Of a DNA stretch of 64,000 nucleotides, positions 11,259 through 22,143 are shown in pieces. The DNA is from Octopus sinensis (taxonomy: Eukaryota), in assembly GCF_006345805.1 (NCBI RefSeq), contig NC_042997.1, positions 199,516,001 to 199,580,000 on the forward strand, in the 5' to 3' direction. The position numbers were made by a program, and so were the translations under genes. The notes beneath the pieces were generated by a model. The model made no database searches and was not told the origin of the DNA. It saw only the letters and a program-made list of their open reading frames with translations. Each line of letters opens with the position of its first letter. The first letter of the stretch is position 1.

Positions 11259-13454
11259 GTAAGTTAACATCAAACTTAACCATTGATCTTATTTTTTTTT
11301 ATAAAACAACTTAAAAATTTATGATTTCAGATTAAAAGAAAAAAAAATTAAAACATCTACACCATTTCTTCAATATTTATTGCTTTTGTTGTCTGTCTTA
11401 TTCTAGCTTTTGTTGAATATGTACAAATCATGAATGGATTTATAACAAAAAAGAAAGAGAACTCAATGCCTCATGTTGAGTATATATCTCCAAATTGCTT
11501 TTGAAGTTATAAACATGCAGAAATTACCAAGGATCTTGAGTTTGATAAGTGTAACACTTGCCAAAGTCAAGTCACTATTTTATGGAAAATCTATTTGTAT
11601 TAGCTTCAGTTAATGGTTATTTCAAAAGATAAAGTAGCAATCCCGTCTGTGGGGTGTCCTGCTCTCACTTGTTTTAATACCTCAGAAACAGAGATAAGCT
11701 CTAGGCTTACAAATTGGTGGACTCAACCAATTTTGGCTTTAATTGCACACAAACACATGTGCACACACATATGTGTTTTACTTATGGTTCATTATAAAAT
11801 TTTATGTTGACCAGGTTTTCCTTCAGTTGAAGATTCTTTGATGACTGTACTTCTTAAATTACAGCAACAATGAAGGGTGCAGCCATGCAGTTGGCTGGAG
11901 GATAATGAGTGCTACCACCTGTGATACACCTATCGTGTGCCCTTAACAAGTGAAGAAACAATGGAAACGATGATATTTCATTGGCATAGAAGCATGTAAA
12001 CACCTAAACCACCATCATAACAATAACCATCCCTGATACCCAAGATCCACGATCTACATAGCAGAAGATATCTACTCAATAAAGTTTGATAATGGTGTTG
12101 GGAAATGCTAACTTTCTCAGTATCACTATTATATCTGTGAAAAAGAAAAGTCCAGTGGCACAGGCAAACAAAGATAAGTGGTATCTCAAACCAGCCATAG
12201 AAGGTTGCCAGATATGCAATGCATCTGAAACCATACCTTAAAGCTGGCCATTCCAGCTTGTTTTTCTCTCGAGGTATATTACATTACCCTTTGTCTTCAT
12301 GGACTCATCCAGAAGGCAGAAGGGCAGTGTAAGTACCATCAAACACTTTCCTAGAAAACTTATCTGACACAACCTTGGGTCCATCACCTGCAGAATGGTC
12401 TTAATACATGCTTACCCACCATATATGTTATTATGGACTAAGACTAAATAGTCATGGACCTTATGCTGGGTTCAGCCATCCTTTTGAAGAGTCTTGCTTT
12501 TGCTCAGCTGTGTTTGAAACAACCCTCCACACCAGGCTAGCCTTTAGTGGGTGTGACTTCAGCTGTCGATTACTGACCATGTGACAGGTTGTACTGGATT
12601 ACATGTTATCAGTAGCACTTAAAGTGACTTAACCTAATGTCTGTATGTAAGTGAAAATAATCTCAAACTTATTTGAGTAATTGTAAAATGAATTCTAAAG
12701 AGAAGACATTCAGATATAGATTTAATGAGTCTTGAATCAATGTCAGAAAGAAATTGATATGCAATTTTCTTTCAACATTTCTAAATGTAAACGTCAGCTA
12801 TATGCCTTTTCAGATGAAAGGTTAGCTTGCACCTTTCCCACAAGTGATCTTTGTAGCAGCTGCATGTAAAGATAAACTAAATAAAACAGAGCTGGGATTA
12901 TTCAATATTATTACTTCTTCATAAATGGTAGTGTCGTGATATTTTATCTGACAGCTGCTACTGTGATTACCAGTGAAAAAATATATCAAGTTAACCTTCC
13001 ATCATGAAGGCACACTGCTCGTGTTTAACAGTCAGAAATTTTGAAAGAAAGTTGCACATCAGTTTCTTTCTGGTTTTGGATTGTGATTTGTTAAATGTAT
13101 AGCTGAAAGTCTTCTCTATTTTATTTATTCTGAATTTATTTGAAATATATCTATTATTATTTGTATATTTTAATGATTTAAGTTTTGCTTTAGATATTGT
13201 GTACATTGTAACTTGTTTAAAATTAACAACAACAACAAACAAAAATATTATCATCGATGAACTCCCTAATGTTGCTCTGTTTGACATTACTAAATATTCA
13301 TATAATGCTAAAGTTCCAATCCATTATTCAAAAACTTGTTTTAAATAAATTCCTAATAATAATCTATTCAAATTATCCAAAAGTCCAAGTAGAACATCGA
13401 TGATGGTATTATAACTCTCTAAATACTTAGGTTGAAGAATTTCAAAACTATGTA

Positions 13455-14336
13455 CGAAGTGTAGTCAAAAAGTATCCAACCTTTGGCCACACAACAAGTA
13501 ATATCAAAAAACTCATCATTTGGATTGAGTCTCCTTCAAAGTATTCGCCTTGGGAGTCTATACACTTCTGCCAGCATTCTTGCCACTGCTGGAAACATTT
13601 CTGAAAATTACTCTTTGGGATGCTGTAGAGCTGTTGAATTTTGCTTAATGTCCTCTGTTCGCTCAAATCTCTTCCCTTTTGTGAGCTTTGAGAATAACCA
13701 AAAGTCACAAGGAGCCAAGTGTGGGGAGTAGGAAGCCTGATGAATAAGTGATGTGTTTTGTTTGATGAGGAATGCTTGAATGACATGGGCAGAATGAGCG
13801 GGTGCCTGGTCATGGTGGAATTGCCAGTTCTTTGCTGCCTACAGGTTGGGTCGTTTTCATGGTATAGCTTGATGAACGCAATAAACAACCTTTGCAATCA
13901 TTTTGTTATTACTGTTAGTCAATGGTCTGGCCACAACATGGCTCACTGTCCACTGAAGTGCAGCCATCTTTGAACCGGTTGTACCATTCCTTTACTTGTG
14001 TTGTTCTCATAGCATCAACTCCAAAGGCATTCTGAATCTTCTCGATAGTCTGGGCTTGCATATCACCAAGTTTTGGGCAGAATTTGATACAGAAACTTTG
14101 TTCAATGTGCTTAGTCATCTTGATTCAAAAAGAAAAATTGCACAGCATGCTCTTCACGTCTGTACTCAATGCATCACTGCAGGTGAATGGCACAACCCAC
14201 AGACATGAAAATTTTTGTGCATGTCCAGGAAAGATGTGGCCACCTAATATCCATGCAGAGTTTGCTCATGCATTGTTATTTTGCTCCAAAAAAAAAAAAA
14301 AGAAATCAAGGTTGGATACTTTCTGACTACACCTCA
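13455..14336 (-). mobile_element. Internally deleted mariner transposon with TIRs and TA target duplication
   Basis: TIRs cgaagtgtagtcaaaaagtatccaacctt / aaggttggatactttctgactacacctca flanked by TA at 13453-54 and 14337-38. Minus-strand remnants: HTH (EQSFCIKFCPKLG...VKEWYNRFKDG), HSPHLAPCDF and WQKCIDSQGEYFEGD. Confidence 0.92.
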
Positions 14337-14689
14337 TACAAGTAGAAATTACTCAATTTTGAATTTCATTTCTTTCTTATGGATAACTGGCAACACTTCA
14401 TTATTTCTTTCAAATTATTGCAAGATTCAAGTGTTATATTGTATAAAATTAGATATTATTTACCTTAGTGTAAATCATAACCAAAACATTGAAAATTATC
14501 TTTTTGTTTTGTTGTGTCGGAAGGAGAGTCATTCACTTGTAATGCCTTATTATTTAACACACTCACTCATTTAATTAGTTATTTTTACTAAAATTTCTGT
14601 TGTGTCTTGCAACCTTTTCTATAGTCATTGCCTCTGCCTGTTATCTGAGCTGTGTTCTTTTTGTTTGTTTGTGTACATGTGTGGGTCAG

Positions 14690-15110
14690 TGTGTATATGC
14701 ATACACATGCATCTATGTATGTATGTGTGCATATATATATATATATATGTATTCTGCATATTCATGTGTTTGTGTTTCTGTGTGTGTGTGTATTTGCATG
14801 TGTGTGTGTGTACCTCTGTCTCCTTGTGTGTGCATGTCTGAGTGATCTGTGTATGGGTTTTTGTGACTACATACTGTGTCTGTAAGTATGGATGTGTCTC
14901 TATATGTGTCCTTGTGTGAAGTGAAATATGTGTGTATGATCACGTTTCTGTCTTCATTTGTGTATGTATTTATGTGTGAGTATGTGTGCTTGTCTGTTCA
15001 TACTACCTATGTATCTATCCGTATGTATGTCTATCTGTTTACATTCATATCCATTTACCTACATACACACGCACATACATACATCTATATAACAGCCCAC
15101 TACCTGTATA
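14690..15110. repeat. Degenerate (TG)/(TA)-rich microsatellite region
   Basis: Direct inspection. Confidence 0.85.
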
Positions 15111-15205
15111 TATGTTTTTTACATTTAAATCCATTTTGCTACAAATGATTGTTTTTCTTTCTACAAGCTTATTACTCATGAAAGTATTCATGTTTAAATT
15201 TTCAG

Positions 15206-15306
15206 AACTGGCTTACAGACCTTGAAATCTTTGCCACAATAATAGCTGCCTTGGTTCATGATTATGAACACACTGGAACAACAAACAATTTTCACATAAA
15301 TACAGG
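15206..15306 (+). CDS. PDE1: PDE1 exon: NWLTDLEIFATIIAALVHDYEHTGTTNNFHINT(G)
   Basis: ttttcag acceptor, gtaact donor; HDYEHTGTTNNF (HD motif). Confidence 0.97.
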
Positions 15307-16157
15307 GTAACTATAAGATTTCAAATTATATAGCTTCTTTTAAGTTTATTTCAGAGAAACAACATATTAAAAAAGCTTTTTAACTGCAGAGAACATCAAC
15401 AACTACAGTGATATGACAACAAATATCAACATATAAACACATCATGTTACAAGTAAGAAAGCCATGTAACAGAAAACTCCAGTTACCAAACTAATAGGAT
15501 CAGTAGTTTTCTAGATTGTGTCAAAATTGCTAAATTAGTTTTAACAACTCTACAAGAAATTATTGAAAATCATCCAGAAAAACAGCTGTTATGCATCAAC
15601 ATATAACAAATAGATGTATAGTCAAATATATATTTCCTCTGTCTTCACCTTGCAGAAACTGTATTGCAAGCTCAGCATCAATGATGTCCCTAGATCAGAA
15701 GACATTCGAATTTCAAACAGAGCATTATTTGACTAATTATTTTTACCCAATAACCTGCTGCAAGTACTTCATCTGAACTGATCTAACTATACCTGATTAT
15801 GTTTCTCAATCAACATTTTTTTTTTTTTTTTTTTTGTAATTTAACATTCACTGATCAAGAAATGTTCTCAATTTTAGTCACAGCTGAAAATTATTATAAA
15901 CTGAGAGTGCCTCACCCACCACTTGCTTTCATGAACTGAATTTTAACTCAAAACTGCTACATTCACCTACATTAACTTCTTTAATCACCTGATACCGAAG
16001 TCTTGGTGAATGGCATATTCTCAATTTTTTTTTTTAAGTCTGTACATTGGTGACACCTACATAAATTCTAAACCTACGATTCTTTTCAAAACCCATAATT
16101 AACAACACCAGACTTAAGGATTTTTAGAATATACATATTATTTATATAATTTTAAAG

Positions 16158-16372
16158 CAACGAGCTGGCAGAATCGTTAGGATGTTGGACAAACTACTTA
16201 GCAGTGTTTTATCCGTCTTTACCTTCTAAATTGAAATTCCACTGCAGTCAACTTTGCCCCTCATCCTTCCGGAATCAACAAAATAAATACCAGTTGTATA
16301 CTGGGATTGAAATAACTGACTAGCCCCTTTCCTCAAAATTTCAGGCCTTGTGCCTATAGTGGAAAGGACTAT
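16158..16372 (+). mobile_element. SINE, family B (gcgagctggcagaa head)
   Basis: Shares head and the gtcgactttgcctttcatcc...aagtaccag central domain with 16490-16704, 17358-17590 and 50322-50535. Confidence 0.75.
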
Positions 16373-16404
16373 AAATTTAATTTTATATTAATACTTATAA
16401 TGCA

Positions 16405-16985
16405 AGGTGGTGAAGCATGATCTTCAAACATTGGGCCTCACAGAGGCAATGACAAGTGACTGAGACCTTTGGCAATATGCTGTGCTTGACAAAGTAGCGA
16501 GCTGGCAGAAACAATAGCATGCTGGGTGAAATGCTTAGCGGTATCTTGTCTGTCTTTATGTTCTGAGTTCAAATTCTGCCGAGGTCGACTTGGCCTTTCA
16601 TCCTTTCGGGGTCAATAAATTAAGTACCAGTTGTGTACTGGGATCGATTTAATCAACTGGCTCCCTCTCTAAAAATTTCAGGCCTTGTGCTTAGAGTAGA
16701 AAAGAATATGCTGTGCTTGAGAAGACTTTTCAAGCCAAGTGAAATTGTAGTCGTGGCTGATGTCAGTGTCACATGACTAGCACCCTTGCCAGTGGCACAT
16801 AAAGGTACCCGTGCTGGTGGCTCATAAAAAGTACTCATTACACTCTTGGAGTGGTTGGCATTAGGAAGGACATCCAGCCATAGAAACCAAACCGAAATCA
16901 GACTAAAATTTGGTGCAGCTCTCTGGCTTAACAGTTCCAGTCAAACTGTCCAAACCATGCCAACATGGGAAGCTGATGATGAGGA
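16405..16985 (+). mobile_element. RTE 3' fragment interrupted by a family B SINE (16490-16704)
   Basis: gaggtggtgaagcatga-type ORF end and the shared tail; SINE flanked by a 16-bp duplication aatatgctgtgcttga (16474-16489, 16705-16720). Confidence 0.85.
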
Positions 16986-17134
16986 TGAATGCTGTTAAGC
17001 AGATCATGCTTATACTACTTGCCTCTCTTTTTATTCCTGATATTGTGATTACTTTTTTCCTAATTTGCTAAGTTGTTTACAAAATAATATTCTAATTAAC
17101 AAGTCTTTTATATGGTAACATTAATTAAGAGTGT

Positions 17135-17697
17135 GAAGGCACATAGTTTAGTGGTTAGGGTCTTGTGCTCGTAATCATAAGATTATGAGTTTGATTCCTT
17201 GTGTCATATTGTGTCCTTGAACAAAACACTTGGTTTCCCATTGCCCCAGTCCACTCAGCTGGTGAAAATGAGCAGTATCTGTAATTCAAAGGGCCAGCCT
17301 TGTCACATTCTGTGTCAAGCTGAATCTACCTGAGGACTACATTAAGGGTATGCATGTAAGGCAGTGAGCTGGCAGAAACGTTAGCACACTGGGTGAAATG
17401 CTTGGCAGTATTTCTTCTGCCGCTACGTTCTGAGTTCAAATTCCACCGAGGTCGACTTTGCCTTTCATTCTTTTGGGGTTGATAAATTAAGTACCAGTTG
17501 CGCACTGGGGTTTTTATAATCAACTTAATCTGTTTGTCTGTCCTTGTTTATCCTCTCTATGTTTAGCCCCTTGTGGATAGTAAAGAAATAGGTATGCATG
17601 TCTGTGGAATGCTCAGCCACTTACAGAAGCAGGCTCTTCTGTCGATCAGATCAACAGGAACACTCCTCGTCATGACTGACGGAGTGCCAGTTTAATT
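17135..17697 (+). mobile_element. SINE family C interrupted by a family B SINE (17358-17590)
   Basis: tRNA-like head (tagtggttaggg...gagtttgattcc); 11-bp duplication ggtatgcatgt at 17347-17357 and 17591-17601; body matches 45372-45665 in reverse. Confidence 0.8.
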
Positions 17698-18218
17698 AAA
17701 AGTAACCTAATTTATCATTACCACAACTTTACTGCTTCATGATAAATGCATTTGAAAAGAATCCCATCTCGAGGATCTAGAATTTTTCATCCATTTAATC
17801 AATAACCAGTTAATCAGCTTTAATCCTATACAATCCTATGCAAATAACATCATTCTCCAATCCCATATCCTTTAAAAACCATTATCAGTCCATCTTAGAT
17901 ATTGGCAGTTACCACTAGATCCCAGTTTGTACAATCACTGAGGATCTTCCCAAAATCTCTCTACAGGGATATGTTAATATGGTAACAGAGCTTGCAATAC
18001 TGAAAGGTAGAATCTGTGTATATACTGGGATGCTGCCTTGAAGAGTTTTAGTTCAACAAATTTACTCCAATTTTATATTGAAGGGATGAGGAATTATGTA
18101 CATTATTTACATTTTACAAGTTACTGAGTTTGATTCCAGGCATTGACCATGAATAATAATAAGAACAACATTAAAAAAATACCATAGGAATGAGAACCCA
18201 GGTTCGAAATTTCCCCAA

Positions 18219-18264
18219 GACACCTGATGAAGGCTGGAGGGTATATCAGCCGAAATGTTGTGTT
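18219..18264 (+). ncRNA. Minimal type I hammerhead ribozyme motif
   Basis: gacac-CTGATGA-A-GGCTG(gagggtatat)CAGCC-GAA-ATGT-T-gtgtt: stem I gacac/gtgtt, 5-bp stem II, NUH triplet GUU. Activity untested. Confidence 0.7.
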
Positions 18265-18336
18265 AACAACAAACAAGATGAAGACAAGCAATAATAAATC
18301 TCTGAACGAGGTATAGACAGTAACTGCACGACAATG

Positions 18337-18542
18337 TGAAGTATATTTGCCATCTAAATATGGCTAACCACTAAGGGTGGATGTTACTGTAGCTTGTAGC
18401 CCCAGGAGAACATCTTCTCCAGCTGGCTAGGGCACAGAAAGTGTGTCAACAGCCAGCTGGAGAAGATGTTCTCCTGGGGCTACAAGCTACAGTAACATCC
18501 ACTCATAGTGGTTAGCCATATTTAGATGGCAAATATACTTCA
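18337..18542. repeat. Long inverted repeat, 92-bp arms (2 mismatches), 22-nt spacer
   Basis: 18337-18428 versus 18451-18542 compared base by base. Confidence 0.93.
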
Positions 18543-18719
18543 AGATGAGGACAAATATCCGTCAAATGTAAATAATGTAAATTTACTCCAGTACTTATTT
18601 TTAAAGCCTGGCATGTTGTTATCTGTTACTGAACAGCTAGATTATGGGAACATAGACAAACCAACACCAGTTGTCGAGTGATGGTGGTGGACACACACAC
18701 ATACACCTATATGTCATGT

Positions 18720-18962
18720 TACCATCACGTGACAGACAAGGCTATCAGAAGAACAGGAACTTGCCACCAGAGAAAATCACACTCAATGGAAAGAAAAACT
18801 GGTAGCGCTGGCAGACAGCTCCTTCAAATGCAGTCGCTGCATGCATGACTACCATCCTGTGTAGGCCTGTACAGCCACAACAGACACTGCACCACCATCA
18901 GCAGCTGACACAGTTTCTTCAGGCACAGATCCATGGCCTCTTGAGACAGATGGATCCTACTA
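18720..18962 (+). mobile_element. 3' end of a second (BovB-like) RTE LINE with C-terminal zinc finger
   Basis: With one frameshift reads FKCSRCMHDYH...VGLYSHNRHCTTISS*, the CxxC...GLxSHxRxC end typical of RTE-BovB ORFs. Confidence 0.6.
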
Positions 18963-19224
18963 ATACACACACACGCACACATATTTCAGAACATTTATAA
19001 AGAGGTCTGGGATATTTTATATATCCCTTCATTGGAGATGGTGCGAGAAAATAGTTAAGCAACAGTTATTTTAGAGAAGATATACAGACGTGAGATATGC
19101 AGGGATATTGTATCTGCAGTTCCATTATTTAAGCAAAATGGTATACATATAAGTTTCCTGTACCTTGTGTGTAAGCTCCAATAGTATTTACCTGACACCT
19201 TTGGGTCATCTTCACCCCTCATAA

Positions 19225-19424
19225 CCTATATATATACACACACACACACATATATATATATATACACACACACACACCACATATATACACACGCACACAT
19301 ATATACACACACACACATATATATACACACACACACACATATATATATACACACACACATATATACACACACACACACATATATACACACACACATATAT
19401 ATACACACACACACACATATAAAC

Positions 19425-19471
<47 letters not shown>

Positions 19472-19525
19472 TATATATATATATACATATATATATACAT
19501 ACATACATACACACACACACATATA
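19225..19525. repeat. Compound (TA)/(CA) microsatellite
   Basis: Direct inspection. Confidence 0.95.
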
Positions 19526-19613
19526 CTTTGAAATAAATTCAATATTACATCTAGAAAACTTCATTTCATTTCGTTCGTTAATTATCTTATATGTTAAAAA
19601 TATTTTCAAACAG

Positions 19614-19739
19614 GTCTGAAGTTGCTTTATTGTACAATGACAAAGCTGTGCTTGAAAATCACCATGTTAGCGCTGCATTTAAGTTGCTAAAGTTAGATGA
19701 ATACAACATACTTACTGGGCTCAGTAAAGAAGAATACAG
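19614..19739 (+). CDS. PDE1: PDE1 exon: (G)SEVALLYNDKAVLENHHVSAAFKLLKLDEYNILTGLSKEEY(R)
   Basis: aaacag acceptor, gtgagt donor, phases fit neighbours; LYNDxxVLENHH motif. Confidence 0.97.
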
Positions 19740-19784
19740 GTGAGTAATCATTTACTAATTCTTTTAACATTCATATTGCTTTAA

Positions 19785-19995
19785 CCCTTTCGTTACTGTA
19801 TTTATTTTGAGATGTTCTGTATTTCTTTCAATTACTTTAAATATAACAAAGAATTTAGCAAAATAACTTAGTTATTATTAAGCTAGTGTTAGGAACATGA
19901 ATTGTGACCAAGGTTTGGTGGAAGATTTTAATTCAGAACTTTTGAAAACAAGACATTTATACTACAGAGCCAGAGCTGGGTTGGTAACGAAAGGG
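19785..19995. mobile_element. piggyBac-type MITE
   Basis: 12-bp TIRs CCCTTTCGTTAC / GTAACGAAAGGG flanked by TTAA at 19781-84 and 19996-99. Confidence 0.88.
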
Positions 19996-20177
19996 TTAAT
20001 CTTATTTCTTCTACTACGTATTAAAAGAAACTAAGTTGGAATATTCCAAATTGCTACTTGGTCACTCTATCAGGCAGAAATAGCGGCCAAACTTTTCTTA
20101 GGTCCCACCCTATTACATTTAAAAGGGACAAAATGGACAGCCAGAAGTGTTGATTTCGGTAATATATAGTTGTAGAC

Positions 20178-20385
20178 AAGCTGGCACAACCATTAGCACA
20201 CTGGGCAAATGCTTAGTGGTGTTTCATCTGTTTTATGTTCTGAGTTCAAATTCCATCAAGGTCAGCTTTGCATTTTGTCCTTTCAGAGTCAATGAAATAA
20301 GTAACAGTTGAGCCCTGGGGTTGATATAATTGACCTAATCCTCTCCCGAAATTGCTGGCCTTGTGCCAAAAATTGACACCAATAT
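20178..20385 (+). mobile_element. Degenerate SINE family B
   Basis: gctggcac...ttctgagttcaaattcc...gtcagctttgcatt homology. Confidence 0.65.
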
Positions 20386-20436
20386 ATTGTTGTAGTTTAT
20401 CATATGCAAAACAAAAATAAACTCATGTTTATTATA

Positions 20437-20950
20437 GGTGCAGGAGTGGCTGTGTGGTAAGTAGATTGCTTACCAACCACATGGTTCTGGGTTCAGTCCC
20501 ACTGTATGGCAACTTCAGTAAGTGTCTTCTACAATAGTCTTGAGCCAACCAAATCCTTGTGAGTGGATTTGGTAGACAGAAACTGAAGGAAGCCCATTGA
20601 ATATATATATATATATATAATTGTTGAAGAGGATGACAAATGTTAAGGCAAGGCAAACATCTCAAGTCCTACATTATTATAAATCCGTTATAGCACTTAC
20701 CTAGCGTACCTAATTGTTTAGATCACCTGTGAACTAAACCCCCATTATTGTATACATATATGTGTGCGTGTGTGTTTGTCACACCAACATTGGTTGTTGC
20801 TAGACAACCAATGTTGGTGTGTTTATGTCCCTGTAAGTTAGTGGTTTGGCAAAAGAGATCAATAGAATAAGTCCTGGCGTTGATTTGTTTGACTAAAGGC
20901 AGTGCTCCAGCATGGCCACATTCAAATGACTGAAACAAATTTAAGAATAA
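20437..20950 (+). mobile_element. SINE family A (caggagtggctgtgtggtaag head), interrupted in its central TA tract
   Basis: tRNA-like head with ggttcagtccc B-box; 3' half ...aaatgactgaaacaa at 20760-20950. Confidence 0.8.
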
Positions 20951-21253
20951 TGTGAAGTACAAGTGAGCTTTCCCAAGATGAGTCTGTAATGCTGTTTACA
21001 TCTTAGATTGCAAATTACACCTTGACATTGCAGGTAACGTTGAAAGATGTATGTATGTCAACACTACCATTTCCATCATCTCAAGGTCAATAAGGAAAGC
21101 CACCGATTGATTTGCCCAAGTGATTATAAATGAGTTGATTGTTTGATTTCATTCATTTTACCAGTGTACAAAAATTTAATCCCTATCTGGTAATGAGAAG
21201 GTGGAAATGAAGAAAATAATAAGGATTAGGGTAGGATTATTATTTGATGAGTG

Positions 21254-21585
21254 AGAGCGCATGGCTCAGTTGTTAGGGCATTGAGCTTATAATCGTGAGG
21301 TTGTGAGTTCGTATCCTGGACCGGGCTGCGTGTTGTGTTCTTGAGCAAGACACTTTATTTCACGTTGCTCCAGTTTATTCAGCTGTAGAAATGAGTTGCG
21401 ACATCATAGGTGTCAAGCTGTATCTGTTGTTGCCTTTCCCTTGGATAACACTGGTGGCGTGGAGAGGGGAGGCCGGTATGTATGGACGACTGCTGGTCTT
21501 CCATAAACAACCTGGCCCGGACTTGTGCCTGGGAGGGTAACTTTCTAGGTGCAATCCCACCGTCAGTCATGACCAAAGGGGGTCT
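21254..21585 (+). mobile_element. SINE family D
   Basis: gcgcatggctcag...gagttcgtatcc head; closely matches 56175-56510. Confidence 0.88.
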
Positions 21586-21744
21586 CAATATTGTTTGATG
21601 AAGTGGGGGTGAGGTTTAGGTCTAAGAATTACATATGTAAAGAAAGTCTGGTGGGAGACATCCACCAGTGAGGCTATGGGACAAAAGACAAAGCAGATAA
21701 CTGGTATATTTAGTTTTTTTCTGCTCTTAGAAATTTCTTATTAC

Positions 21745-22143
21745 TCTTTACACTTTTATTTGTTTCAGTCATTTGACTGCGGCCATACTAGAGCACCGCC
21801 TTTAGTCGAGCAAATCGACCCCAGGACTTATTCTTTGTAAGCCTAGTACTTAATCTATCGGTCTCTTTTGCCGAACCAATAAGTTACGGAGCAGTAAACA
21901 CACCAGCATCGGTTGTCAAGCGATGTTGGGAGGACAGACACAGACACACAAACACAAACACACACACACACACATACACATATATACGACGGGCTTCTTT
22001 CAGTTTCCATCTACCAAATCCACTCACAAGGCTTTGGTCGGCCCGAGGCTATAGTAGAAGACACTTGCCCAAGGTGCCACGCAGTCGGACTGAACCCGGA
22101 ACCATGTGGTTTGTAAGTAAGCTACTTACCACACAGCCACTCC
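21745..22143 (-). mobile_element. SINE family A
   Basis: Reverse complement of the family A head and tail, internal (CA)n. Confidence 0.88.

Larger units (their letters stand above)
18070..18578 (+). mobile_element. tRNA-head/(AAT)n/hammerhead element with short inverted terminal segment and nested hairpin, inserted in an older SINE
   Basis: 12-bp flanking duplication aaatttactcca (18058-18069, 18579-18590); B-box GAGTTTGATTCC at 18126-18137; body matches 36605-36855. Confidence 0.8.

Noticed and set aside
13448-14326. Several 67-149-aa ORFs as cellular genes
   Set aside because: All lie within the mariner TIRs and are fragments or shadows of the broken transposase.
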